From positions 62,001-126,000 of the forward strand of contig MCFE01000005.1 of NCBI GenBank assembly GCA_002104905.1: 64,000 bases of DNA. The letters run 5' to 3'. Positions within the stretch are counted from its first letter, which is position 1; each line of letters starts with the position of its first letter. The notes under the pieces were generated by a model. That model was not told the origin of the DNA. It worked only from the letters and a program-made list of their open reading frames with translations, and ran no database searches. Of this stretch, positions 11,513 to 25,633 are shown piece after piece. This DNA comes from Basidiobolus meristosporus CBS 931.73. Lineage: Eukaryota; Fungi; Basidiobolomycota. Made by a program: the position numbers and the translations under genes.

Positions 11513-12277
11513 CTATAAATATTGTGATTTGACCATTCTAGCAGCGCCCTTCTCGTAGCGCTCTTGATCATTTCTGGCTTGAATGAGTACAACACAGGCC
11601 AAGAAGGCAAATACATCGACAGCGACGAATCCAAAGAGACACGTGTATATGTTGCGTAAATAGTTGTCGGTATATATATGGATTGCATCTACACATCCGA
11701 TATGTGGAATACTCGCCATATGGCAGGTTGCTGAGTCGGCAGGGCGATCCTGCGCATTGTAGTAGCCGCAACAATTGTCCTGAAGCTAGCAGTTAGTTTT
11801 GTTGCTCCAATTGTGCGTCCTTGAACAATACTTACTGCTTCCTGAAATGCGACCTTGAGAACCATGTCCCATGTTCCCCATTTATCCGAAAAGCTGCCTC
11901 GAATGTTAAGAGAGCGAAACCAAATCGCCGCTCCCAGAAACAACTCAATACATATCACAAATATTATGAGCCATGCAAAGACAACGAGAATATTCTTTCT
12001 TCTCACTGGACGGAGCGATGCGTAAAATCCGATCAACGAAGATACCACCGTAAGAGCGCCAACAAAGAAGCCGCCTATCATATACTACTTAGACAGGTAT
12101 TTCTTGATATAAACTCTACACAATATTACCTAAAATCATGTCACGGGTAACGACCACAGCTCTACGCATATAAGGGGTGGCTAAGAAATAGGAAGCTACA
12201 CCCAAGGCAACCAAGCCAGACGTTAAGAAAATGAGGGTAAGAAGAAAGTAAGAAAGTCGTATGTTTGAGCTAATCAT
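11513..12277 (-). CDS. Fungal tetraspanin, Pls1/Tsp-like (exons 12277-12130, 12074-11836, 11778-11513)
   Basis: Four hydrophobic segments. The large extracellular loop carries the CCG motif (DNCCGYYN) plus later Cys residues, followed by a short basic cytosolic tail. First exon MISSNIRLSYFLLTLIFLTSGLV read manually. Confidence 0.8.
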
Positions 12278-13482
12278 TTTTGATGAGAGGCAGACTTGAT
12301 TTCTGAATCAAAGGAATGTGGAGGCAGTTATTGAATTGTTGCACACTGAACCAGCACGTAGTGAACAAAGAACTAAGTTGGATGGAAGACGATGTTAAAC
12401 GCGGAAAGGAGAAAAGGGGACAAGGACTCTGAACAAGGTTTCAGACAATTAAGTAGAGATGCTGGCAACGGCATGGCAGCGTTTTTTATGCATTGCATTC
12501 CGATAATTTGTCCACAACGTTACACTTGGCATATTGCTTTATCTAAATCAGCATGTACCCTCACTCGCTTCGATTTATAACATTGAGTTTATTACATAGA
12601 CCAATCCAGAAGTTAAATCCTCCTAATACGATGATAAAAAATCACCATATATAGGTATTCGTAAATTGAAGTGTGCCAAACCTATCCAATGAAACCCTGG
12701 AGTTGGATCTAATACAGACCTCAAACTCGTTTGAGTGTAATATGAAGTTACTGTCGCTGTGTGCAGAGAAAGGATCAGGAGAGGATGTACTGTAATCGAG
12801 ACATGTGGTTATAGTCTAGAAGTCAGCCGCATGAGAATTTCGTGTTGGATTATCTCATTGAACTGAATGGCTCTGTCACACAATATTTCGATATCTTTAC
12901 ACCTTTTCCTGTCCCATCACAGCTAGCATTATGAATGTAAGTGGATGGGTGGATATACAGGCTTCATTATATGACCAAGCGCCTACATGATACTCTTATT
13001 GAATTCAACAATAAAATAGTTGAATATCGGTAAATTCGTGAGCCTATCTAGTGGCTGTCGTGTGCATATAATTGAAACCCTAGTTAGGTCGAATCAACAC
13101 AATGAAGCTTTTACGGAAAAATGAAAAAGTTTAGGAGGTTTTATCAGCGTAAATTGCTTACAATGATACAATTAGGTTTCATACTTCACCAAGGCTTATG
13201 AATATTGGAAGGAGGGTCTGTGTTTCGGCCAGCGTCGAAGAAGCAACCCTGCTCGTTATCTTCGTATAAATAGCTAGCAAATTCAATGAACTATCTTGAA
13301 GCAGACTCCTATTTCGGTCAGAATTAATCTGACTAACTTGGACATTTTACGCATACTCCTTTCTGTACCGCCCTCGTGTTGCCGCGTCGCGGATTAAACT
13401 CTTGAGTCACTTATTAAGCAATTTAGCCAACTTTTCCCCTACATTACTGAGCTGTATATAACTGCCACAAGGATCAGTCTAG

Positions 13483-14133
13483 ATGATGACAAGTCCCAAC
13501 TCTAACAAGCTGATGTTTTATCTTACCAGCTATCTTTTGAAGTCCGTTGATCGGATTCAAAAGTTGATTATGCCCACATATCTGTTTTTACTTAGCATTT
13601 CGTATTTCTTCTACATGATTTCCATGCTTGTGTATTTTTCAACTCAGCGGGTTTTGCCAAATTACTCCAACGAGGAATTACCCGGTAAGCCGGAGAATGA
13701 GGATGAATCAGGCCCTAGACGAAAATCCTCAACAAGAAAGTCTCATGAGGTTTCGCAGTCAAGATATCTGGTTCATACTATTCAACAGAATCTGTTAATG
13801 AATCAACAGTTCCAGGACTTACTCAAAGAAGCCTGGAACACTGTCATTCCCGATGGTTATCACAGGAAAGAGGATCTTCGCGAAATATTAGCAAAATTGG
13901 GAAATCATCAAAAATACGTGAATTCATTGTCTCTCGACGAGCAAAGGTTCTTGAAAAAGGTGCACGAATTGGTTCTCCTCGAGGATGCATGTAAGACCTT
14001 CCAGAATGATTTTTTGCTACTTTTTACTAATTGTCAAATTGAAGGGAATTCAACAAATTTCACACAAATGCTAACGAACCAGCTCGAATCGATTGTTGTA
14101 AAACTAAATTCCAAAGCTCCAGATTGCCACTAA
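13483..14133 (+). CDS. Hypothetical protein; true start uncertain (may splice into ~13649)
   Basis: 216-codon ORF with a helical, charged C-terminal two-thirds. No recognisable family. Confidence 0.5.
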   Translation: MMTSPNSNKLMFYLTSYLLKSVDRIQKLIMPTYLFLLSISYFFYMISMLVYFSTQRVLPNYSNEELPGKPENEDESGPRRKSSTRKSHEVSQSRYLVHTIQQNLLMNQQFQDLLKEAWNTVIPDGYHRKEDLREILAKLGNHQKYVNSLSLDEQRFLKKVHELVLLEDACKTFQNDFLLLFTNCQIEGNSTNFTQMLTNQLESIVVKLNSKAPDCH

Positions 14134-14603
14134 ATGAACTTCTATCTCCGGCAGATGTCTGAAGTTGAAATATATATATATCCCCGGTCCATTCCCAAGC
14201 CAGCTGAGATTGTTGAAGGAAAACAATACGGGGCATTGTCCTTAGAGCACTAATACTTAATATATAATCTGGTTCCAATAAACAGACATCATACAGATTG
14301 CAAGATGCTTGAATGTGTCTATCACAGGAAATTGTTTTTTATCATTACGGCATCAAAGTGGGCTTTGTGGCATACAAGACTTCTGATAATAAATCACAAT
14401 TGAAAACCATTTTACACTTAGGCAAATCTCAGCACTCCAATTTTGTATTGCAGCTGGAGGTAAAATGAGTTTGTCATTCCATACATGTGTAATGGCGATG
14501 ATCAACAACTCTGGTATCCAAACTCAATTTCGATTTATTTGTGTTTAAGTAAAAATTTTATGTACACTATTTATTTCCTATTCACGAGTCTAGCTAATGT
14601 GAA

Positions 14604-16712
14604 ATGGACTCGTCTCGAAAGCCGTCTATAAGCTACTCCGGTGCTGAAGTGTATCCGCCAACTATTGATAAAGAAGATCAAATAGACAGTACGCAATCTC
14701 AAATGTTGCTTCTCTCATGATGATGCTAATATATGGGTTTGCCTAGTTTTTGGAACTTTACTCTTACTTAATCCCTACGAAGCTACAAACTCTACTCTAA
14801 ACAATCCATTGAGATCGACTTCTACGAATGCACCATCGACACCAACAGCAGTACGTTCGTCACCTGCTGTAGTACCATCCCCGGGTAGTGCCAAATTTTA
14901 TTGTGAGGCGTGTCGAAAATCATTCAATAGTGAGGCTACCTGGCTTACTCACCAGAACTCCTCGAAACATTTGCAAAACCTCAAAAGTCAAAAGAAGAAT
15001 ATGAAAACCCCGAAAAAAGCTAACTCAGAGGCAAAAAAGAAACCCGAGGGTAATACAACTTACTGAAATGCAAAGCATCATATACAGGGGTGAAGTAACG
15101 AGCTCCTTGGTATATTTAGTTTTCTCTCCAGGCCGACCTACCACCTCACCGCAGGTTGCAGGTTTAACCTTTCTCACTAGAGCGTTTACTGTGTCATAAA
15201 TTATTTACATAGCTTATCGTAGAGGCCTTACTTAATGAGAAGCAGGCTAAAAAGGTAGCTGACAGCAATCCAGTCATGGCGGCAACTGTTTTCTGGAATG
15301 TCTCCAAAGGTACAGCTTGAAACATCAAAGTTGGAAGAAGCTTGTAATTGGATACTGATATGTGCGTTAGTGTTATGGGCCAATTGCCATGTTAGAGATA
15401 CGTTCAACACCTTGGAAAATTTAGTTCATCACCTAGAGAAAACGATAGAGATTGCTCAGGAGCAACAAGACGAGGCTTTGGTTGCTTTATTGCCTAAACT
15501 TGCAGCAACACTATATTTAGCCAGGATGGCATTAGCCAGATTGATTTATCATTATTCTAATGACAAATACTCAGCGTGTACACTTGCTCGCCTTGCAGTT
15601 GAAGAGAGATTTGGGCTTCCTACATCTCAATTGAAAGATATAATACAGGTACGTATGCTGATGTATTCCTCTTTTTCACACTGATTAATGTGCATCAACA
15701 ATGTAGGTTGCTGGTTCCCACTCAGTAGAAAAATTGTACAAGAGATGTACACAGATTCTCGAGGAGTCGAACTCTAGCATAAAGATTACGAAAGATCCCA
15801 ATCTGACTTTGTCCGATATTCTCTCAGAAGTTGCAGGATTCTACTGTAACCATATCGATAGATCTTCAGAGGAAACCTCTGAACAGAGCCGATCTCTCCA
15901 GCATTGCTCAATAGTGTTTTATATTCTATCATCTATAATTTACACTAAACAAGACAGGTATGGGCTTTTGGAGTGCTGCACACTATCTCCGGATTCTTAT
16001 GATTATTTTATAGAATTCCGGATCATCTCAAAACCTTGAGATTTCTTGAGCAAGTATGTCAACTTCGTTACAGCGTAAACGGAAAACTTCGAGACTAATG
16101 CATCAATGCTGTATTTCTAGATATATCATCATCTTGAGAAACCTTGGTATGCTTGCGATATTATGATGCTCTCCATAAAGCTGAAAATGAAGCTATTTCA
16201 GGCGGCTGACGAAGCTGCACCTCAGCCGAAGCCGGATTTTTCCACCTTATGGTGGGCAATCTGTAATGCTCTGCTTATCTCTGTTGAAATCAGTATGTTG
16301 CCGTATATCTCATTGAATTCAGCGCCCATCATGTTATTAAGTTTTATCTCCACTAGGGGACTTCGTTCGTATCATAGAAATTCAAGATATCTGCGAATCT
16401 ATCTTGACCGCCCAAGGCTTAGACACAATCCCTTACACGGATATTAAGGTTGGCTTACATGCTTTCATGTGGGTTTCGTTTAAATAGCCTGACCTGGTTT
16501 TGTAGTTTCTCCTAACTGCTGCCCGTTCCATACAAGTACACGATACAACATGGCTACAATTCTCTGCGCCGTTTGAAATTGAGTTGTTCCAGCTTATAGC
16601 GCAAGAAATAGAGTGTACCTTAGACCCTAAAGATTTTATATTCAGTATGAATCTTACCAGGCACGAGGAAAGGAGACGTTGGGCTCAGCGTTTGCGCAGT
16701 CTTATTTTATAA
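14604..16712 (+). CDS. Multi-exon protein with a U1/matrin-type C2H2 zinc finger and a helical C-terminal region
   Basis: Exon 1 MDSSRKPSISYSG... (14604-14688) splices to 14747. FYCEACRKSFNSEATWLTHQNSSKH is CxxC...H-x5-H. Further exons run to a last exon ending ...RWAQRLRSLIL* at 16712. Internal junctions approximate. Confidence 0.65.
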
Positions 16713-17566
16713 GACCTTGATCGAAAACAGGATATAAAATGTATTTATATTGAATTTCAAATCCACTTTACTCAAGTTACGCGGGATAAACCACTTTTGA
16801 ATGAAATCTGGCCATTTAGAGTTAGTAGCTCATGTCAAATTAAACAAACTACACCAATCGGATTACGGATAACATGGTGCAAAAGCTTGTATCTTCGTGA
16901 CCTTTCTAGGAATCAACAAACTGACACTAATGGCATTCATTACCGAGTATTAAGGTGATACATGTTTTTTCCAGGTACAACTATACACGACTAGATAATT
17001 TACGAGGGAATTGGGTTCTGATCACCTTTTCGATTTGGCATTAAGTACAATCTGAATGGCTAGGAAAAATACGCCACCTTGTGAACGGCCACTACCCTAA
17101 TGGAAATTCACTTTTTGGAATAAGGCTTGTTCAGAGACCTGGATATTCGGAATGGTCTTGATATGCACCAATAGTAGTAGCTCCACCTCACAGAATATAG
17201 GGTTTCCCTTGAAATCGAATGCAATACTGGTTAACGGGTATCTGAGTAGTGCCAACGAAGTGTATGATTTCATCAATACATCATTGTCCCAAGCCAATTT
17301 CATTCGTGATCTAGTCCAGCTCTTCGGAAAATAAATTAGACTGTTACTAATAAACCAATAATAATATTTTATACATGGGCGATATTTGGCTTTCTTGAGT
17401 TTGTCTCTTATTTGAATTCAGGTGAGTCTCACTTTCTCAAAGCATTCAGTAGCTTTGGTATATGCTTATAGTTTCAAGCTAGAATCGCAGTGAACAGTAG
17501 TACTTGCTTGCATCCTCTTTCGGGTTTCTTTCTGTAAAATCCCTTTGCTGGTGTTCCAACGCATCA

Positions 17567-20500
17567 ATGAAAGCTCCAAAGAATAAGTTGAGAGAGACTC
17601 TGCTCAAGACTGATACCACCCAGGATCAATCTGCGTCTCCCTCCAATGTCCCAGAGGCTCGTAAAGATCCCGATAAATCTACTGCGACTTCTCACACCAA
17701 GAGTACCATTACAAATGCATTCAACGCTTTGTTCGGTAGATCCCGCTCCACAATATACCGTAAGTCCACAAATGACAAGGATAGCGAAACTGCCAGCTCT
17801 TCCAAACAACCAGATATTATTGATCGTGGCCTGACAGCCTCGCGAACCACCTCAGGCGTGCATTCACCCGAAGTCTTCTCTTCGTCAGTTGAGTATATTA
17901 GTGGTAGATTCACTGAGACGGAATCAAATCAAAGCCTTTCCCAAAGTCTGTCGCAATTGCTGGAGGCTGATGGCTCTAGATCTGCTTCTAGTTTGTCTAT
18001 TCCTCAAACTTATCGACCGCGCTCCTCTTCCATGAGTGCTATTAGTTCCGAATCAAAAAGCTTGGGCAATAGCCCCCGAGATAGCCTGACTGGCAACGTA
18101 GTATTGAAAGAGGGGTATCTCAACAAAAAATCAGACCCATACCAGAGCGGTGCTATTGGGTTAGGAAGGGGTTGGAAAGTATACCGCGTAGTGCTCAAAG
18201 GAGCTAAACTTTATTTTTACAAGCCGCCTACTGAGAATGAGATCCGGAGTATTTTCCCTTTATCGAAGTACGACAGACCTCTCACCATATCCGAATCAGT
18301 GGAGATCTCTCCTAAGAAGCTACCAATACCTAAAAATTCTTCTCACACAAACAAGGGTATGAAGCTTGTGAGTGCTTCATTCACTTCCTCTACTCGCGCA
18401 TTACTCTTCGAGCCTACGCCTGATACTTCTAATGAGCCTTTTCTCACTCCTATCTACAATCTTGGCAACTCGTCATTATCTTCTCGGTATTACTTTGGTG
18501 ATTGCTTCACCGAAGTCGACTCAACCAATTTCCGTTTCAAGAGATACGTCTGTCTGTTGATATTCGAAGATGTTTTGATGATTTGCAAAAGAAAATGGGT
18601 AAAACATCATCGAAGCAGTTTATTTGACGTGGTTAACGACGCTTTTCGACTTGCCGGTGGTAGCGGTATTGTAACTCCGGAATCATTCCTTCAGGATGAA
18701 GATGCGCTTTCACAGTCCACCAAGGGATATTTCACCAAGTGGAAACATGATACGACATATCCGTTGGATTCTATTGATATAATCGAAGCATCGTCGACAT
18801 CTTTCATCCGCTCCAGTGAGAGGTCGCAACAGACTCCCAATAGATCGTCTATTTTCACGCATTCCAACAGTTCGGCAGCCTCCATCGACTTGAATCTTTC
18901 GGGGAATAATATTCAGGCAATTCAAATATTTGTTGGCAAGCATAATGCTTCAAAGAGGCTCTTTGTAACCAAAGCAGATGAAGAGCAAACTTGGCTTAAA
19001 AAATTCAAATCGGTAAAATCCTCTTTTTCCCGCAAATCGGCAAAATTCAGAAAAAGTGAAGATCATCAAAACTCCGGTTTTAATCCAAGTCGCGCAAATC
19101 TTAGTAGTACGAGTCTTCACAAAGAAGAATCGAAGTCACGTTCACAAAAGTGTGATCCAGTTATCCGCGGGCGTTTATATTGGAGCACTCAATTGCATCC
19201 CGAGCTGATAACAATTTCGGTGGAGACTTCTGGCGATACTTCAGAGCATTCCCGTATCATTGGTGGCTCTGTAGATTCGCTTATTCACGAATTACTGTTT
19301 CAAAATACTCGAAAAGAAGGCCTTAATTGTCCAAGCGAAGAGTTCGATCAATTCATAAATACATTCCTTGCAACACTTGCGCGTTTTACGACACCTGCAC
19401 ATTTCGTCCAGGAACTCCGGCGGTGCGCTATCATGAGTATTCCCGAATATTCGAAAACTTCATCAACTGCAGAAAATATCACCATCTTGGATAGACTGGA
19501 GAAGATACTTGTCAAATGGATTACTGAATTCAACAATAACATTGACCAAGAAACACTCAAGTCCATTGAAGCTATGGCGAGTGACCTTCTTGTGAAAAAT
19601 GAAAACTTTCAAATGGAGAAGTTCCTGGAAGTACTACATCCATTCAGAAACTGTTCCAACTCTACAAGCCGGAGATGTTCCATAAATATGAGTTCAATTA
19701 TAACTCCACAGGGAACCCATCTCAACTATCTGGCCAAAGATTTTGCTTCGCTGAAACGATCGGGATTTTCACCCACCATCTTTATGAAAATCTCACCTGA
19801 AGATTTCGCCCAGGAGCTGTTCGTATTCCACACTAGATGTAAAGCATATCTCGCATCAAATCCTCTGCCATTGATGAAGATTTTGCTAGAGCCTATAGAT
19901 TCCGATCTTCCGACGAACCCCTCTCCATTTCAGGGAGCTGCCAGCGTGTTTTGGTTTACCGTACCTGAAAGTCATTTTATCACCAGGCTGGTTTTTAACC
20001 ATTTAGTTACTAACGCACAGTCGATGCATCCTTCACGTCGCAGTGCCATTTTGGTTCATTGGATCCGCGTAGCTGAGGCATGTAAAATTCTGGGGGATAT
20101 GGTTTCCTGGACTGCCATTGCCCTGGCTATCTGTTCACCAATTGTTGCCAGGTTACGCGAAACCTGGAAAGCTGTAGATAAGAGAATGAGCTACAAGGTG
20201 CTTAAAGAGTGGGTCCCAGAGTTACTTGCAAACGAACTCTACACTTCCGAAAAATTAACAACGGAGAGTCTCTCTTGCAAATTGACCAATGGTTTAAGCA
20301 CTGGCCATCCAATTCCATACTTCGGTGGTATACGTATGCTTTTAGACAAGATGGACAAAACTGCAACATCATTAATCCCTGACACTTGTGCTGTAAACTT
20401 GCGTAAATACAAGGGGATTTATAGTGTTGTAGAGCAGACGTTGACGATTTGGAATAAGTTTACTCGAGATTCTCCGTCCAAAGATGCTTTACCCGGCACC

Positions 20501-23500
20501 CCGGCACTTCAAGAATTTTTTGAGCAGCTTTTACTTGCTGAAGATATAACATTAGAGTTTGATTTCTCTCAAGGATTCTTGCTGTCTCTTGACTGCGAAC
20601 CACCGGTCAATACTCGCTATCTGGAAAATAGAAATGATCCAACAAACAACAAGCCAGTGGCATATCAGCCCCTCAAGTTTATACCACTCTTTTCGGAGCA
20701 GGTGTCTTTCCTGAATATGCTTGCTTGTATAGAACCTCTCGGACCTGATCCGAATAGTCGGGATCAAAAGAAGCATCCAAGCAAGAACAGGCCTTATCCC
20801 AATATTCCAAACCGACATCGCTTGGTCACCTCGACTAACTACCTCAAAGGCTCTTCTACCTCAGACTTATCTCGCAAACGTACACAGTCTATGCCATCCG
20901 GCCAATACTCTCGAAGCCTAGATTCGGACAAAACTAGCTGGTGGGGGTTGATTCAGAAACCGAACGTACAGTCATCAATTGTACAAACCCAAGATTCCTC
21001 TAGTCTGTTGGATAGACAGGAATGTCTCGTTTCAACAGATAACCAGGATTTAGTACTCTCAATTTATCAATGTCAAGTAGACGATAAGGAAGCTACCCTC
21101 CAGGTGGTAGTTAAAGGTGGATCAATCCGCCAACTCATCAATGTCTTGCTATTTGGTATCGAACATACGGAGCTTTCATTAGTTGATATGTCGGGCAACG
21201 CTTTTTCCTTTAATGAAGGTGAGGAAGTTCATTTTGATCAAGAGGCGTATCTTTCCAATTTCTTTATCACTTTCCGAAGCCTGGTGAGCCCATCGGATTT
21301 ACTATCGAGATTGCGTCAAAAATACCTCGAGACAAATAGCACCACTACGACACCTGTATCCGATACACACCCACAGTTTATTCCTAGACCCGATGCCAGA
21401 TTTTGCGTTTTGAGGGTTGTTGAGTATTGGATAAAGAATCACATATACGATTTCTTCGATAACCAGGAGCTCAAGGAGAGTGTCTTTGCCTTCTTTGACG
21501 AGATTTTTAGCAACGAAGTCGGCCACAAACTATCTCACCTTGAATCCGAACCGACGCTCACACAAATCGGATCTTACGTGAACACCATAATAAGCTTTAT
21601 GGCATCCGCTTCTCTTGTTCCAATCTCCATTTTGAATCAGTACAAGTTGATTGCATCTTGGACAATGAAAGAGATACAAGAACGAAGTCAAGCTGCTCCC
21701 GAAAACAGGAGTCAATTTGATGAGCTTCTTGATAGGATTCCTTCTGAGATAACTGAAGACGCCGAGGTAAACCCTACTTCCGAGGATGTTGAGGCTTTAA
21801 TTCCTAGTATCGACGATATGCCTGTCGAGAGTATTCTGCTCGCATTAAACAACTGCGCATTAGAGCTTCTTGATCGCGTTTCACTTCAAGATTGGGTATA
21901 TGCTCTCAACGATTTTGAATCTCAACGATTGAACCCCCTGGCATGGTATCCAAAGAAAGGCTCTCATTCCACTCTTGATGACGGAACAATCATTTCCGAT
22001 ATCTTTTTGGCTGTCAATAGGTGTCGACATACAATCACCACCGCATCTAGCCCAACGGCAAATTTCAATCTGCTCGCGTCGCTTCCAAGCGGTATATCCG
22101 CTTTTTACTATTTACGAGAAGCTATCAAGCAATGGGTCATCTCAGAGATTGCTTCGTTTTCTATTGATGCAAGCTTACGGACTGCACGGATTGTCAAGTT
22201 CGTCACTATGATCTCTGTATGTCACGATGAAATGGCCATCTACGGCATCGAAAAACTAGAGCTATTTAAGGACAAATTCCTTGCTCGACCTTATAAGCCA
22301 CAGATGGCAATCCCGTCATTCGTTGAGCGAGCAGTTGTTAGTGCGCTGATTGCTCCTGAAAGTCGAGCTTTTACAAAAGCCTGGAACGATGCTGCGAAGG
22401 TTATAGGGAAACCTGCTGATTCGATTCAAACTCTCCTAAGCCACAAACCCGCAAAGAATTCTCAAGCTGTTGGCTCTGCTAACCGTGATTCAAAGTCAAT
22501 TGGACTCCTTCCATGCATTGGATGGATTCTCGAGAGTATACTCGAAATAGAATACAACGTTCCAGATCGACTCTTCTCCTCTCAGCTGATTCTCAATTTC
22601 GAGAAGCGTACTCTAATCTACGAGCTTATTCAATCATTTAAACGCTGGCCATTAGTTTGTCCAAGGACTGGAGTCGAAAGCACTGTTGATATGAAATTTC
22701 TCCTCTCCCGCCATATGTTACCGACTAATCCAGAGTTCCGTTTTATCAAAGAATTTGCCGCAAAAGAAAACATGAAATATAGAAGCCCCTCTAGCAGCCA
22801 TAACAACATGGCCGCTCAGAATCGAAAGGTCTTTCCACGCCTAATACATGCTGAACAAGAGAAAATTAAGCGAGATTCCAGAGAAAGAGAGAAACTGGAA
22901 CGGGAAGCAAGAGACAGACAACTTGGCATGCAAAGACGAATTAATGAAGAAGCCAGAGTAAAGGAAAAAATGATGAAAGAACGTCAACACCGCCGAGCCA
23001 AAACGAAAGAGCTCGAGAAGATGACGAACCTATTCAAATCTGTTCATTCCTCTAACCCAGATCCCTCCAGGGCACATATTGGAAACACATCTCCGGCAGC
23101 TCCCGCCAATCCAACCACTTCAACTGCCATACGCTCAAAAAGTACCAATTCTCCGTCATCGAATAACGCCGTTTCCAATATGCTATCGAAGTTTCCCACT
23201 GCCAAGCCTTCGCTGGCTATCAATCTGATCAATTCTGCAATTACAATTGAGCATTCACGTACAAAGCGTGACCATGTTTTCAAGATTATCTCCGAGGAAG
23301 GGGGCCAATATTTACTTCAGGCCATCGACCGCCAGGATATGCTGAGCTGGGTGAAAGCTATCACTGACGCAGCCAAGGAAGGAGCAGCTAGACGATTTAC
23401 TGTGTTAGTAGAAGATGCTAGAAAGGAGATGGTTGGCCAAATCTCCAACAGGTCATCGAACTCTGCTGTTGAAAGATCTAATATGGATGTCCGTGTGCTA

Positions 23501-24538
23501 TCTAAAGAACGATCTTCAAGTAATATAGCAATCTCCACAATTGTTATCGAATCTATTCTAACAATATTTGATATATAGTCTTTGGTGTGGAGTTGTCTAC
23601 TTTGATGAAATGCGAGAATGGAGATTATTCACTGCCTGTAATTGTGGAAAAATGTCTTCAAGAAGTCGAAGAGCGAGGTATGATTGCCTTTCTGGAATAT
23701 CTGCATGAACATCTACCCTAACCGAAATCCGTAAGGCTTGTATGAAGTCGGTATCTATCGTATTTCTGGGATGGCATCTGCCATTGAACAACTTCGTCGA
23801 AGCTTCAATGATGGTATAATTTGGACTACTGTTAATCAAAAATGACTCTGCTAAATGCACTATCTGTAGATTGTGAATCGGTTGATCTGTCTAGTGAGAG
23901 ATGGGGAGATATTAATGCCATATCCGGGGTTCTGAAGCAATGGCTACGAGAGCTACCAGAACCAGTTCTTACGTTCGAACTGTACAATGATTTCATCGCA
24001 GCTGCAGGTAGGGTGTTGTTAGTTGAATTATGCATCTGTAATATGATACTAATAACTCTTTATAGCAATCGAAGATTATGACACTCGACTTATTGAGATC
24101 AAAAATCTTGTCGTGAAGCTCCCTACGCCCAACTATATACTTCTCAAAAGATTAATTGAACATCTTGAAATGTATGAAGTCCCACTATTCGTCATCGCTC
24201 TCGAAATCGTTATTCTAATGAGTGTTGTATTTAGGATTACCGACTATGAAGATGTAAATCATATGTACGCTTCAAATCTCGCCATTGTCTTTGGTCCTAC
24301 TTTAATTCGACCACCATCTGGCCCGCTTTGCTTTGCCACTTCTATGGCTAATCTTGGACAGCAACAAGCAATAGTCAAGAATTTGATATTACAGTATCAC
24401 TGGATATTTGACGTGGAAAAGGAAGTTGAGCAAGATGATCCTCAGCAACATCATTTGGGAACCCTTGAGGAGGAAGAATTAGAGATTATCGAGGACTCTA
24501 CAGAGAATGATCAGGAATCAACCTCTGTAGATGCATAG
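17567..24538 (+). CDS. BEM2: Large PH / RasGEF-like (two modules) / PH / RhoGAP protein, Bem2-like
   Basis: ~5.9-kb first exon with PH strands (VLKEGYLNKK...WKVYRVVLKGAKLYFYK), RasGEF-N motifs (IIGGSVDSLIHELL; VKGGSIRQLINVLL) and a CDC25-like segment (HWIRVAEAC...ARLRETW...IPYFGG). Small 3' exons encode RhoGAP (VFGVEL...GIYRISG with arginine finger...LKQWLRELPEP...SNLAIVFGPTL). Confidence 0.8.
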
Positions 24539-25633
24539 ACTAAATAATCATATATCACCCTTTACATCGATTAATGAAAAATACTCTGCATTGATTGCGA
24601 CACCATTTTCGACTAGTGAGATTCATAGTTGAGAATTTTCTTTGTACATTTTACATTACAACTCCGCAATAAATCTGTAGTTCTTTTGAATTCAGTACTC
24701 AATCTACACACCTGTTGTGTATGTATATGAATCATGAAATACCACTTACATTTCCAGATTTGATTGGCTGTTGTACTCAGCTACCTTGGCTCCAATTAAG
24801 GAATCCAGTCCAAAAATATCCAAAGCCATTTTTCTTCACCTTGAAGATGCTTCCATTCCGTTATACAGGGGACGTTTTATCTGCTTATAAAAGAAAGGAA
24901 GCGGTACTCTAGAGCCTCACTCATCCCCGCTCAATAGACATTTGAAGCAAGTAAGTACAACTCTGATATACACATGGATTTCATTGATATGATGATTGCT
25001 TGCCGCCCCAGGCGGACATCTTCAATGGCGATAATACAAGCACCAGCCAAAAATCTGAGATCAATTTCCACCTTTTGAATCCATTGTCGAATCTTGAGTT
25101 GGCATTTATTAACTGATTGCTGTTCTAGGCTCCGGAAGTCGCTTCTTGTGCACACGTGTAAATAAAGATCTTTTGAAAAAGTGATTGTTGTCCATGTCTT
25201 TCATGAATTATGTTTCAACCCAACGTAGGTTGCGAGCAGCTGTCGGTATCTTGCAACGGGTTTAAATAATGGTTGGAATGTCGCATTATCCATGTAACGG
25301 AAATAAATATTCCTAAGCACGAGATCTGGTTATTATCTTGGCTGTAATCACCGAAATAAATCTGGCAGTATCAAGAGCAGCATATCGAAAACTAGCGTTT
25401 CGTCTTGAAAATTTTTATGGGAATTAATTTAGGAACTGGATAATCATCTAAAAGAGTCTAAGAAATTGTTTATTCAATGAGCAGTTGTTATTTGGCGTAG
25501 CCTCTTAAGTTCCTCTAGTCGGGTGTATCCTCTGGGACTTTGTTTATTCTACTTATCTCTCTTCTGTTTGACCAAGTCATTTTTCAAAGTTCTGGTTGTT
25601 TCGGGTTAGAGATAGAATTGGTTGAGCTCAACT

